A DNA stretch of 42,145 nt from Sanchytrium tribonematis (GCA_018985235.1 JADGIG010000021.1:1-42145); one strand, 5' to 3'. Shown: positions 30,415 to 39,352, counted from the first letter of the stretch. Numbers and translations: made by a program. Notes: a model not told the origin generated them from the letters alone.

Positions 30415-31213
30415 ATGAAATTATTAGGTGAAGAAGTTATTACGATAAGACATCTTTCCAAGTCATTTGGGAATGTGCAGGCCTTAAGAGATATACACCT
30501 TAACATAGACTCTGAGTTTACCCCAATAAAAGCTGGGGAATTTGTAATATTGAGAGGACCCTCAGGTGGCGGGAAAACTACTTTGCTGAATTTAATTGGT
30601 ACTCTAGATAATCCCACTTCGGGAGAAATTCAATTGCTTGGAGAAAATATTGATAAAGGAACATCTGATGCCTTTTTAGCAAATGTAAGATTAAGGAAAA
30701 TGGGCTTTGTGTTCCAGGCATACAATTTGTTACCACATTTAAGTGCATTTGAAAACGTTGAGTTACCAATGCTGATGGCTAATATGGGCGTCAAGCAGAG
30801 GAGAGAGAAAGCGTTGAAGCTATTGAAAATGGTAGGTTTACAAGATCGAATTTCTCATTTACCATCTGAATTGTCTGGTGGTGAGCAGCAGCGTGTGACT
30901 ATTGCAAGGTCTTTGGCCAACAATCCCGCGTTGCTTCTTTTGGACGAGCCTACTGGAGACCTAGATTCGAGAAACGTATTAGTTCTTAATTTAGACTGTG
31001 GAAATTATGAATTTATTGTTAAAAATCAATCTTGAAAACAAAACAACTTGTGTGATGGTGACTCACAATGATGATATTGAATGCTATGCCGACAGGTTAT
31101 TATATCTCAAAGATGGTCAGTTCCAAAAACAGGTCTTAAATCGAATCCAAGTTCCATTGGATTACGAAGAATATTTGGAATTTCTAAAAAGAAAAGACAA
31201 TACCAAGGACTAG
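30415..31213 (+). CDS. Stand-alone ABC ATPase, LolD/MacB-like, 2 exons (30415-30975, 30995-31213), 259 aa
   Basis: Walker A GPSGGGKTT, GFVFQAYNLL, LSGGEQQRV and LLLDEPTGDLD; H-loop VMVTHN in exon 2. Confidence 0.94.
30976..30994 (+). other. 19-nt spliceosomal intron in the ABC ATPase gene (phase 0)
   Basis: GTATTAGTTCTTAATTTAG. Removal gives GDLDSRNTVEIMNLL. Confidence 0.94.
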
Positions 31214-31361
31214 ACTTATTCACCTTTTTTTAAAATAAACTCACAGGCTGCCTTAAATCAGTATATACTCAATTTACATTTGTTTTCAAGTTAAAGCCAA
31301 TAGGTGTGAAATTAAAAATAGATTTATTGTGTTGTTCGATGATGTAATCAAGTGTACAAAT

Positions 31362-32195
31362 TCAAAACGATAACCATTTTTCGAAATACTCACAATTATT
31401 GGGACTGTATTTCCCTTTAGGTGAACATTGCTCTGCAACCGGGCAATTTGAACACGGTACATTAAAATTAGGGCCTTGGTATCTTTTGTGAATCATGAAT
31501 TTTTCAGTTCCATCTAGCAGTACAGTTTCTACCTTTCCGTCGTACTCCAACAGTCGAATCAATTTTCTGATATCTTGTTGAGACAGATCTACACTGGTAA
31601 TACCCGATTTTAAAATGTGTTGATGTATCTGTTCGAGATTTGGTAGCATTATTGCGAAAGAAGAAACAGTGTAGGTTAGATGACTTTTCGATTTTATCTG
31701 AATATATTTTAGAATGTGATCCGTCAATCCCTCCACAAATGCCGTGTCAAGTTCCATATCAGTAAACCAAGGCCCACCAGTGGCAGATTCGGTGGGTTTT
31801 ACACTTGAGCATATATAATAAATTCTCGAAGGGTATTCAACATGTTTAAATGTCTGAATCAATTTCATATCAACCAACTTTTTCAACGCCTTATCTATCT
31901 TCGAAGGATGGAGTTGCGTTTTTGATTTTATATGCTTCGACCATAATCCATTTTTCGCCGTTGATTTGATGACTTTATATACAGATTCTTCGTCAATATT
32001 TAATTTGTTTTTAGACTGCTTTGCGGTTGTCAAAATTAAAACACCATCAATTTGCTTCATTTGAATTTTTTTTTGCTTTAATAATTGATTTGTGATTGTG
32101 ACAAATTCTTGTTGATCTATATCCAGCTTTTTCTGCATATCTTCTTTGCTTATTCCGTCGACAGCAAAAGATAAAAACGAGTCTACCTTTTCCAT
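31362..32195 (-). CDS. RPC34: RNA polymerase III subunit C34/RPC6 (277 aa)
   Basis: GLWSKHIK, TGGPWFTDMELD..FV, LEYDGKVE and the Fe-S motif PCSNCPVAEQC...SPNNCEYF..W. Confidence 0.94.
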   Translation of the reverse strand: MEKVDSFLSFAVDGISKEDMQKKLDIDQQEFVTITNQLLKQKKIQMKQIDGVLILTTAKQSKNKLNIDEESVYKVIKSTAKNGLWSKHIKSKTQLHPSKIDKALKKLVDMKLIQTFKHVEYPSRIYYICSSVKPTESATGGPWFTDMELDTAFVEGLTDHILKYIQIKSKSHLTYTVSSFAIMLPNLEQIHQHILKSGITSVDLSQQDIRKLIRLLEYDGKVETVLLDGTEKFMIHKRYQGPNFNVPCSNCPVAEQCSPKGKYSPNNCEYFEKWLSF

Positions 32196-32225
32196 TCGCA
32201 AACTCCGAATTTCACTCCTTCAAAA

Positions 32226-32465
32226 ATGCTTTCTAGAACTTTACTACGATCCAAATGGAAGCCTATATTATTAGACCCTAGTTTAAAAGAAGGCGTCAAA
32301 ACTGCTAAAAGACATCTGATGGTTACTCCGCAGCTCGTCGGCAAAACTATTTCTATACACAATGGAAAATCCTTCATTAATTTACTGGTGAGCGAAGAAC
32401 ACATAGGCACAAAAATAAGTGACTATATACTGACTAAAAAGTTTTACAAATATGATAAAAAATAA
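32226..32465 (+). CDS. RSM19: Mitochondrial ribosomal protein uS19m
   Basis: RSKWK, PQLVGKTISIHNGKSF and EEHIGTK...TKK. Confidence 0.88.
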   Translation: MLSRTLLRSKWKPILLDPSLKEGVKTAKRHLMVTPQLVGKTISIHNGKSFINLLVSEEHIGTKISDYILTKKFYKYDKK

Positions 32466-32612
32466 AAAATGTAAGCTTTAATTTTGAGATTTTTTGCGGC
32501 AACATCGTTTATGATAGAGAATCAAGCTAATATGGAAGCAATTAAGGAATTATTTACATAAACTATTCGCATAAAGCCATCCTAATATTCCAATTGAAAG
32601 AATGTTCTGCCA

Positions 32613-33146
32613 TCAATCTGTAATATATTTCTGCATCGCAGCCTTGGAGTTGAATTCATTCTTCATTTTGTCGTCCATATTCAGCCATTGCATTCTTAAA
32701 GACTGCAAGCCAAGATGAAAATCCGTTTCGACAGGAATATATTTTGCTTTCTCCATCAAGAATATTTGTTGCCCACTCACCTGTTCATTTTTTTCAAATT
32801 TCAATTTCAGTCTTTGAGCAGCCATATTAACATACTTTTCTTTTTCGGGTGGCGGTAAATCTTTATATTTAGTAGCAAATTTTTTCAAATCAATTTCCTT
32901 TCCTTTTTGACTCTCAGAGGAAATGAACATGGAAAACCCCGTAATGGGTTTGTGGTACTTTTTACTATTATTATTTATAAACTTAGCCTCCGATTTGAAC
33001 CTGTTTTGTGATAAAGAATCAAGCGCCTTCCATTTTGAGGACGCCGCTTTCATAAATTGCCCCTTTTTACGCGAATTAGGTTCTTTGATATTCACATGCT
33101 TCAAGAATAAAGAAAATCCAGTCATATAGGTGCGTCGAAATTCCAT
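32613..33146 (-). CDS. HMG-box protein with three apparent boxes
   Basis: MTGFSLF...SKWKALD, KPITGFSMF...YKDLPPPEKEKY and VSGQQIF...QWLNMDDKMKNEF. Confidence 0.75.
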   Translation of the reverse strand: MEFRRTYMTGFSLFLKHVNIKEPNSRKKGQFMKAASSKWKALDSLSQNRFKSEAKFINNNSKKYHKPITGFSMFISSESQKGKEIDLKKFATKYKDLPPPEKEKYVNMAAQRLKLKFEKNEQVSGQQIFLMEKAKYIPVETDFHLGLQSLRMQWLNMDDKMKNEFNSKAAMQKYITD

Positions 33147-33191
33147 TGAAAGTAACTCCTTTGTTTTTAAATGAGTTATGTATTTATTAAT

Positions 33192-34277
33192 TCAATAGCG
33201 AGAGCCTCTATTTGGGTATCTGTCCCTGCTATCGTATCTGGAATTCCCACGAAAATTCCTATCATTATTGCTGCGGGGGTTGTTATTATGTGTTCTAGAC
33301 CGATCGCTTCCATTTCTCTCATATCTGGCATTACTTCTGTCTCTACTATATGGAGCTCTATTTCCAATTTGTTCTCTTCGTTGTGGGGCTCCTCTATACC
33401 CAGATTTATAGTCACGAGAATCATGCACTCGTTTGGCATCAGTTACATTTGAATTTGAATTGTTTGTTGGAGCAACAGGATTTTCCTGAACCGGTCTCGA
33501 AGAAGGTGAGGGACGGTAAGGTTCTCTTCTATCATTAAAATTTCGTCTATCTTGTTGTTTTTGATATTGTTTGACACTCTCTTCAACAAGGTCCGGCCGA
33601 GTATCTTGTAAAAATTTAAAATGCTCCCTAATTTTGTGCCAACCTTGGTGTTGCTTACCATCGATATGTATACCAGTTCTATTAGTGGAAACATCATTAA
33701 CAATTAATAATTTTGCACAAACCGGGCAGACATCAAAAGATTTGTCATCTTGTTTAGTCACATTTTTTAGCTGCTCTAAATCTGCTTGCAATTGGTCTAC
33801 TTGCGTAGCCATGGTGTGACTTTCCTCCACCATACCTTTTAACCCATATTCTTCAGCTTTTGTAATCATTTCGTTGATCTTTTCATCTAATTCTATTATC
33901 TTCTCCCATCTCTCGTCATTTTCCTCATCAATATCCGCTGAAAATCCGTGAAGTCTAGACTGATGTTTTTTAATTCTTTTGTCTAATTCAAGTACCAATC
34001 TTTGTAAGTAATTGAAAAACCATTGCTCGTATGGGTATTTGTCTTTTTTAGGATCTTGCTCGTATTTTTGCTTCAGACGAATGTCGTGATTTTTACTACA
34101 TGGACCTAAATCAGATCTGTTAGGAAACAACAAACTCGGGCAACCAAAAGGTGAAACCAATTGCCATTTACAAACTGAATCATCCTTAAAGTCTTTATCA
34201 TACTCAATGTCAAAAAAGGGTTGAAATAAGGTATGTACCAAACCTCTTAAAAACTCAACGTCTGCATTTTTGACCAT
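33192..34277 (-). CDS. LUC7: U1 snRNP-associated Luc7-family splicing factor (divergent)
   Basis: FKDDSVCK...CP..LF...SDLGPCSKNH zinc finger 1, coiled coil with AEEYGLKGMVEES, VCPVC...HIDGKQHQGW zinc finger 2, and an R/D/S-rich tail. Confidence 0.88.
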   Translation of the reverse strand: MVKNADVEFLRGLVHTLFQPFFDIEYDKDFKDDSVCKWQLVSPFGCPSLLFPNRSDLGPCSKNHDIRLKQKYEQDPKKDKYPYEQWFFNYLQRLVLELDKRIKKHQSRLHGFSADIDEENDERWEKIIELDEKINEMITKAEEYGLKGMVEESHTMATQVDQLQADLEQLKNVTKQDDKSFDVCPVCAKLLIVNDVSTNRTGIHIDGKQHQGWHKIREHFKFLQDTRPDLVEESVKQYQKQQDRRNFNDRREPYRPSPSSRPVQENPVAPTNNSNSNVTDAKRVHDSRDYKSGYRGAPQRREQIGNRAPYSRDRSNARYERNGSDRSRTHNNNPRSNNDRNFRGNSRYDSRDRYPNRGSRY

Positions 34278-34680
34278 CGTGACAAGGAGTATTTTTGGAG
34301 GGCAAATTTATTAATAAAGCAAAATCCAAGCCTTTATGTTCAATTTTAATCAAAGCACCTTCTATATACACATGGTATCTGAAGTAAGCACTTTATGAAA
34401 ATATCATTTATCACAGCTGAAGGATTAATTTTGTGTGTCAACTCAATACATATCTAATATCACCATAAGCACCGAAAGGGCTACAATCATATTGAATTCA
34501 TGGGATTCATTTATTAGGCAATAGGTTATCAATAAATTCTGGTTTTTTGCTTTTGGTATAGTTATTAATTTCCCAATTTACTTATAGTGAAGATTAAACC
34601 TTTTTTGATATAAATGTTTTTTAAATAACAAGTTGATCGAAATCTGTACCATTCTATATTGTTCATAGTATGCTTGTGTC

Positions 34681-35865
34681 TCAAAAGTATGATTTGATTG
34701 CATCTAATCCAAGAAAGACAAGAATATAAATTATCGTGCCCAAATCACCCAACGCAGTTATCAATGGTAAAACTACAGCATCCAAATCAATTTTCTGCTT
34801 ATTCAAGAATTCACAAAATGGTTTCACTGCTTTGACTAAAATGAATAAACATATATTAAAGGTAATGAGAGAACCAATAACCAATCTAGTGGTAATATCT
34901 GTAATTTTTAGTAATTTCGCTAAAATTAAAAGTGTCAAGACATTCAATAAAGTTAAAAGCCATACCGCACTTATAATCTGTGTATTGTTCTCCTTTCTGT
35001 TCAAAGAGTAACTAGTTGTTAGGCGACTAGCATAAATGGAGGTATTGCCGCCACTAAGACCGTTGATTACAGGAGCTAAACTAGCTAGACCTTTGTACTT
35101 GTCAAGGCCTTCATCTAAAGCTAGTCCCGAAAATGTAGTAATACAAACTCCCAATAAATAAGGAATATACGACCACATGCTCCGAGGGTGGAGATATTCA
35201 CTTTCGATATTATCTGACTCCAAGAAAAGTCTGTAAGCAAGTGCCAACAATGCACAAATTGTTATAAAACATAGAATTCCTGATGTATCTTTCATACAAA
35301 CATTTGTCAACAAAGTAAAAAATATTAAGGTAGTAGCATCCCCCAAGGCACAAGCAATTGGTGCAGCAATATTGTCCGGATCAATATTAAAATAAACACA
35401 CATTACAATTAATGAATTCATAAATGTTCCTAAAACCAATGATCCGCACAAGACTGTCAAAATGGTGGACAATGTTAAAACCATATATTGGCGCACACTG
35501 GTCAATATTCCCACGACCCCGCTTATAACAATAGCAAAACTTCCACAAAAGATTCCTAATACAATGCTCTGTAACAACATAAATATTAAATTTCCTTTAA
35601 AAATTACAAGCCTTGATTTGGAAAATTTCATTTCACCAGAATTTGCGCAGGTTCCAAGTCTACAGGACAAATTTAATTCAAAGTTCCCATTAAGATTATT
35701 TAATACAGGAACTAAAATGGTTAATTGTTCTAATACACGAAACGGCAATCCAAGTTCAATTTCACTTAATTCTAATTTTGATAAAATCGCGGCGCTGAAC
35801 ATAAGTCCGAATAAGCTAATGAATGAAGGTATCAAGCTTTGCTTCAAAACTTTTTGGAAAAGCAT
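34681..35865 (-). CDS. SLC41/MgtE-domain cation transporter
   Basis: PVLNNLNGNFELNLSCRLGT, IDPDNIAAPIACALGD and second repeat PVINGLSGG...PLITALGD. Confidence 0.9.
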   Translation of the reverse strand: MLFQKVLKQSLIPSFISLFGLMFSAAILSKLELSEIELGLPFRVLEQLTILVPVLNNLNGNFELNLSCRLGTCANSGEMKFSKSRLVIFKGNLIFMLLQSIVLGIFCGSFAIVISGVVGILTSVRQYMVLTLSTILTVLCGSLVLGTFMNSLIVMCVYFNIDPDNIAAPIACALGDATTLIFFTLLTNVCMKDTSGILCFITICALLALAYRLFLESDNIESEYLHPRSMWSYIPYLLGVCITTFSGLALDEGLDKYKGLASLAPVINGLSGGNTSIYASRLTTSYSLNRKENNTQIISAVWLLTLLNVLTLLILAKLLKITDITTRLVIGSLITFNICLFILVKAVKPFCEFLNKQKIDLDAVVLPLITALGDLGTIIYILVFLGLDAIKSYF

Positions 35866-36012
35866 CTGTGAATGTTTGAAAAATTACAAATTTTGAAAAA
35901 ATGCAACTATATTCAGAATATACACTAACTAAAATTCAAAATGTTTGAAAGTCCCAAATTATCAAACAAAGAGAATTTATAGCGTGTTTATTGTATCAAC
36001 TGTCTCCTTGAA

Positions 36013-36924
36013 ATGTCTTCATTTTCTGTTAGGGTGCCTTGCTCCTCTGCAAATATTGGTCCAGGATTCGATTCATTAGGAATCGCATTAAGTCTGTACC
36101 TAAATGTTCTTTGTGCAGTAGAAGAGAGTGAGGTATTTGAAATGGAAATTACAAAAGTCAGTGAGGGCTTGTCCAAAAATCCAGATGAAAATCTGTTGAC
36201 TCAGATGGTGGAAAAAATATTAAATCAGTATAATCGCAAGCTTAAAAAGGAAATTCATCTAATAATTGAATCGGAAATTCCACTAGGTGCTGGTTTGGGT
36301 TCAAGTTCCACTGCTGTAATAGCAGGGGTAATGATTGCAAATGAAATAGGCGATTTAAACTTAAATAGAGACGCGTTGCTCGATTTGTGCTGTAGTATAG
36401 AAGGCCACCCTGATAATGTTTGCCCAGCCTTTTTGGGAAATTTTACAGTTAGTGTCTATGCTAAGCCTTGTATATATCTGACCATTCCTTTTCCCGACAA
36501 AATTAAGATCTTAGCTGCAACCCCTTCATACCAACTTGCTACCGAGAAAGCTAGACAAGCGTTACCTCAAACCTACTCTCGCGAAGATGTAGTGTTCAAT
36601 ATTCAACGTGCTAGTGCTCTTCCACATATATTAAACAATCCTTCTCTTTGGCATAGACTCAAAGATGTTTTACAAGACAAAATTCATCAACCTTATCGAC
36701 TGACTTTGCTACCTGGGTTTGAAAAGATTCTAAATATGTCTATTGACGGTTGCCTCGGATCATTTGTGAGTGGAGCTGGTCCGACCGCTCTTGTATTTTA
36801 CATTCACAATGGCCCGTTGATCGAGAATTACATCAAAGAATGTTTCGCTGCGTTTGGTTATGATACAACTATCAGGCAGCTGAAGGTTGACAACGGTGGC
36901 GCTCTATTAAATAAAAGGCGTTAA
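36013..36924 (+). CDS. THR1: Homoserine kinase
   Basis: VPCSSANIGPGFDSLG, IPLGAGLGSSS, EGHPDN, HQPYR and SGAGPT. Confidence 0.97.
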   Translation: MSSFSVRVPCSSANIGPGFDSLGIALSLYLNVLCAVEESEVFEMEITKVSEGLSKNPDENLLTQMVEKILNQYNRKLKKEIHLIIESEIPLGAGLGSSSTAVIAGVMIANEIGDLNLNRDALLDLCCSIEGHPDNVCPAFLGNFTVSVYAKPCIYLTIPFPDKIKILAATPSYQLATEKARQALPQTYSREDVVFNIQRASALPHILNNPSLWHRLKDVLQDKIHQPYRLTLLPGFEKILNMSIDGCLGSFVSGAGPTALVFYIHNGPLIENYIKECFAAFGYDTTIRQLKVDNGGALLNKRR

Positions 36925-36967
36925 TTTAGTCACTTTTGCGCTATTGTTTTAAATATTTTTTGATACA

Positions 36968-37321
36968 ATGTCCACCATAGCAACACTTTTGGAAGCGGAA
37001 AAAGAGGCATCAAAAATCGTTCAACAGGCTCGCCAATATAGAACTGAGAGATTGAAAGCTGCAAGAGTTGAAGCACAAAAAGAAATCGAAGACTTGCGAA
37101 AGCAAAAACAAGCAGAATTTGAATCATATTCAAATACTGCTCAAGGTGATGCTGCTTTTGGTCAAAAATTGGAGAAAGAGACTGAGGTTGAAATTAAAAA
37201 GTTAAATAATCAATTTGAACAAAACAAGTCAAAATCAGTTGATAGATTGTTGCAGGTGGTCACTGATGCCCAAGTCAAGATGCATCCTAATACCGATATA
37301 TTCTTGAAATTTGTCAAATAA
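36968..37321 (+). CDS. VMA10: V-ATPase subunit G
   Basis: IATLLEAEKEASKIVQQARQYRTERLKAAR.EA..EIE. Confidence 0.95.
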   Translation: MSTIATLLEAEKEASKIVQQARQYRTERLKAARVEAQKEIEDLRKQKQAEFESYSNTAQGDAAFGQKLEKETEVEIKKLNNQFEQNKSKSVDRLLQVVTDAQVKMHPNTDIFLKFVK

Positions 37322-37325
37322 ATAC

Positions 37326-38963
37326 ATGGCCAATTTTCTCTCGAACACTCCTGAAATTGGAATTCTTGTTCAACATTTATGCGATATAGTTAGCAGCCAA
37401 GCCAATGAAATACTCAATTTGAAGTCTCATTTGGGAACAGTCACTACTGAAATAATGGGCTCAGTACAGAAACTTGAAATGTCATTTAATATTGCGAAAG
37501 AAAATATAAAAGAAGAACTGAAGCAGCAAATCAAAAGTGACTTACTCAATGAAATTCTCAAAGACTTTCAATCTAAAATAGACAACAATATGATAGCATT
37601 TGGTCAAGATTTAAAAGTTTTAACTCACAGACAACGTCAGCTTTCTAACGATGTAAGTGAATTAGTGGACTGCTTTGAAAAATCATTGCTGCTAGATGAA
37701 AATGGAAGTCTATCTAACAATGGGAATCAGATAGCTGAACAGTTGAAGACTCATAGTCTGGAAATCGAAAATTTGAATTCTGCAATTTTAAAACTTAATC
37801 AAAAAGTTGGTAATTCCACTTTTGACAGTATTAATAAAGGAGTGAATGAACTGAAAAATTCAATAACAAACATAGATAATGAATTGAGTTTAATCAAAGA
37901 TGATGTATTCAAAATTGGTAATATTGCCGAGACAGATTTTCAGTCACTTAGCGGCAAAATAGTTCAAATAGAAGAGTATATCGGATCCAGAACATTGACG
38001 AGTTCTAGTATTTTACTGAAGATTCAAGAGGTTTCAGCTCAAAAATCCACAAAATTCTTGGACTTTCAAAATACCATCGATGACAAAATTCAAAGCAAAG
38101 TAAGTTTTAATGATTTGAATGAGATTCTTAAGAGCGCTGCTAGCGTAGACTCAGTTGAGAAGATTAAAACAGAATTACATAACATTGTTGAAAGTTTGGC
38201 TGATAAAACTTCCATGTCCGAATATACAATGATGTTAAGATCTCTTGACCAAATGAAGCATCAATTGACAGACAAAAGCGATAATAGCAAAATAGATCAA
38301 CTTAATATGGAATATACTGACAAAATTAGAGATTTGGAAAAAGGTATTAAATGTCAAATTACTTCATTTAAGAAAAATACGTTTGATAAAATCAATTACT
38401 TGGTAGATTCACTTAAACATAGACAAGAAAATTATACTGAGGTATGTGGCATTGTCCATGAAAATGTGATGAAAGAATTAGGGCTGCAACTGTATGAAAT
38501 GGGGCTTCAAATATCAGATATCAAATCATTGCATCTTAATTTTCCAATTGAAGCTACTTATATATGGAAAAATGCACAACTATTTCAAAGCTGTATTGTA
38601 TGGGACTACGAGACACTAAATACGTCTAAAGATTTAATATCATGGAAGCCTCATGCTCCCGCCGTATCTATTGCTGAGGCCGGAATATATCAAATTTCCT
38701 TGGCTTTTTTCACCACGCATAAGCCTCTCGTAAAAGTTCTCCTGAATAACGAGAAATTATTTACCATTGTTAATTCTCCAACATTTATAATAGGACATGA
38801 TAGTGGCTACATAAATGACAACGGGAAAGTCAGGAGAGGCAGCAAATGTGGATTAAGTATAACGGAATACGTTAGGGTGGTAAAAAACAGTAAGCTCATG
38901 ATCATGTTCCAAGGAAAAACGGACTACACGGATGGATTTTTGCGGCTTGCAAAAGTACAATAA
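37326..38963 (+). CDS. Coiled-coil protein with C-terminal beta-sandwich (C1q/TNF-like) domain, 545 aa
   Basis: Long heptad region followed by YIWK...IVWDYETLNT...W...GIYQISLAFF...GFLRLAKV. Confidence 0.65.
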   Translation: MANFLSNTPEIGILVQHLCDIVSSQANEILNLKSHLGTVTTEIMGSVQKLEMSFNIAKENIKEELKQQIKSDLLNEILKDFQSKIDNNMIAFGQDLKVLTHRQRQLSNDVSELVDCFEKSLLLDENGSLSNNGNQIAEQLKTHSLEIENLNSAILKLNQKVGNSTFDSINKGVNELKNSITNIDNELSLIKDDVFKIGNIAETDFQSLSGKIVQIEEYIGSRTLTSSSILLKIQEVSAQKSTKFLDFQNTIDDKIQSKVSFNDLNEILKSAASVDSVEKIKTELHNIVESLADKTSMSEYTMMLRSLDQMKHQLTDKSDNSKIDQLNMEYTDKIRDLEKGIKCQITSFKKNTFDKINYLVDSLKHRQENYTEVCGIVHENVMKELGLQLYEMGLQISDIKSLHLNFPIEATYIWKNAQLFQSCIVWDYETLNTSKDLISWKPHAPAVSIAEAGIYQISLAFFTTHKPLVKVLLNNEKLFTIVNSPTFIIGHDSGYINDNGKVRRGSKCGLSITEYVRVVKNSKLMIMFQGKTDYTDGFLRLAKVQ

Positions 38964-39034
38964 ATGAAAAATCAAGATTTACCCAATCAAGACATTTTAG
39001 ATTCATTTTTAAACCGCCTCCCTCCAATATATCC

Positions 39035-39352
39035 ATGATACTTCTTACCCTCTATTTTGCTGATCAATTAAAAATAATAATACCAAAAGTCTTGGCGCTT
39101 AAAGCTACTGCTCAAGGATTTACTCACATCTACGTACAATGCGGCCGATCCAGAGTCAACCAATATCTTACCTCAATGAGAAAATATGAAAATGAATGGA
39201 CGTGGACGCCCAAATACTGCAAAGAAGCAAATGTTATTGGATTGCAGTTTGCACAGAACGGCAGCGAGCATTTTGAGTGTACATCAAAAGAAAACCGGAT
39301 TGTTTTCTGTGACATTTTGAAAATTATAGATGAAGAGATAGATAAGTATTAA
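39035..39352 (+). CDS. Hypothetical protein (105 aa)
   Basis: ORF with a C-rich motif upstream and AATAAA downstream. Weak Alg13-like segment GFTHIYVQCGR. Confidence 0.55.
   Translation: MILLTLYFADQLKIIIPKVLALKATAQGFTHIYVQCGRSRVNQYLTSMRKYENEWTWTPKYCKEANVIGLQFAQNGSEHFECTSKENRIVFCDILKIIDEEIDKY

Noticed and set aside
3441..34290. AAGGAG(G/T) near start codons as Shine-Dalgarno sites (prokaryotic origin)
   Set aside because: Most copies are on the wrong strand relative to the gene, and the genes are eukaryotic with spliceosomal introns.
35907..35925. 19-nt GTG...TAG segment upstream of the SLC41 gene (minus strand)
   Set aside because: GTG donor and TGAAT instead of YTAAY, and an in-frame stop lies between it and the ATG.
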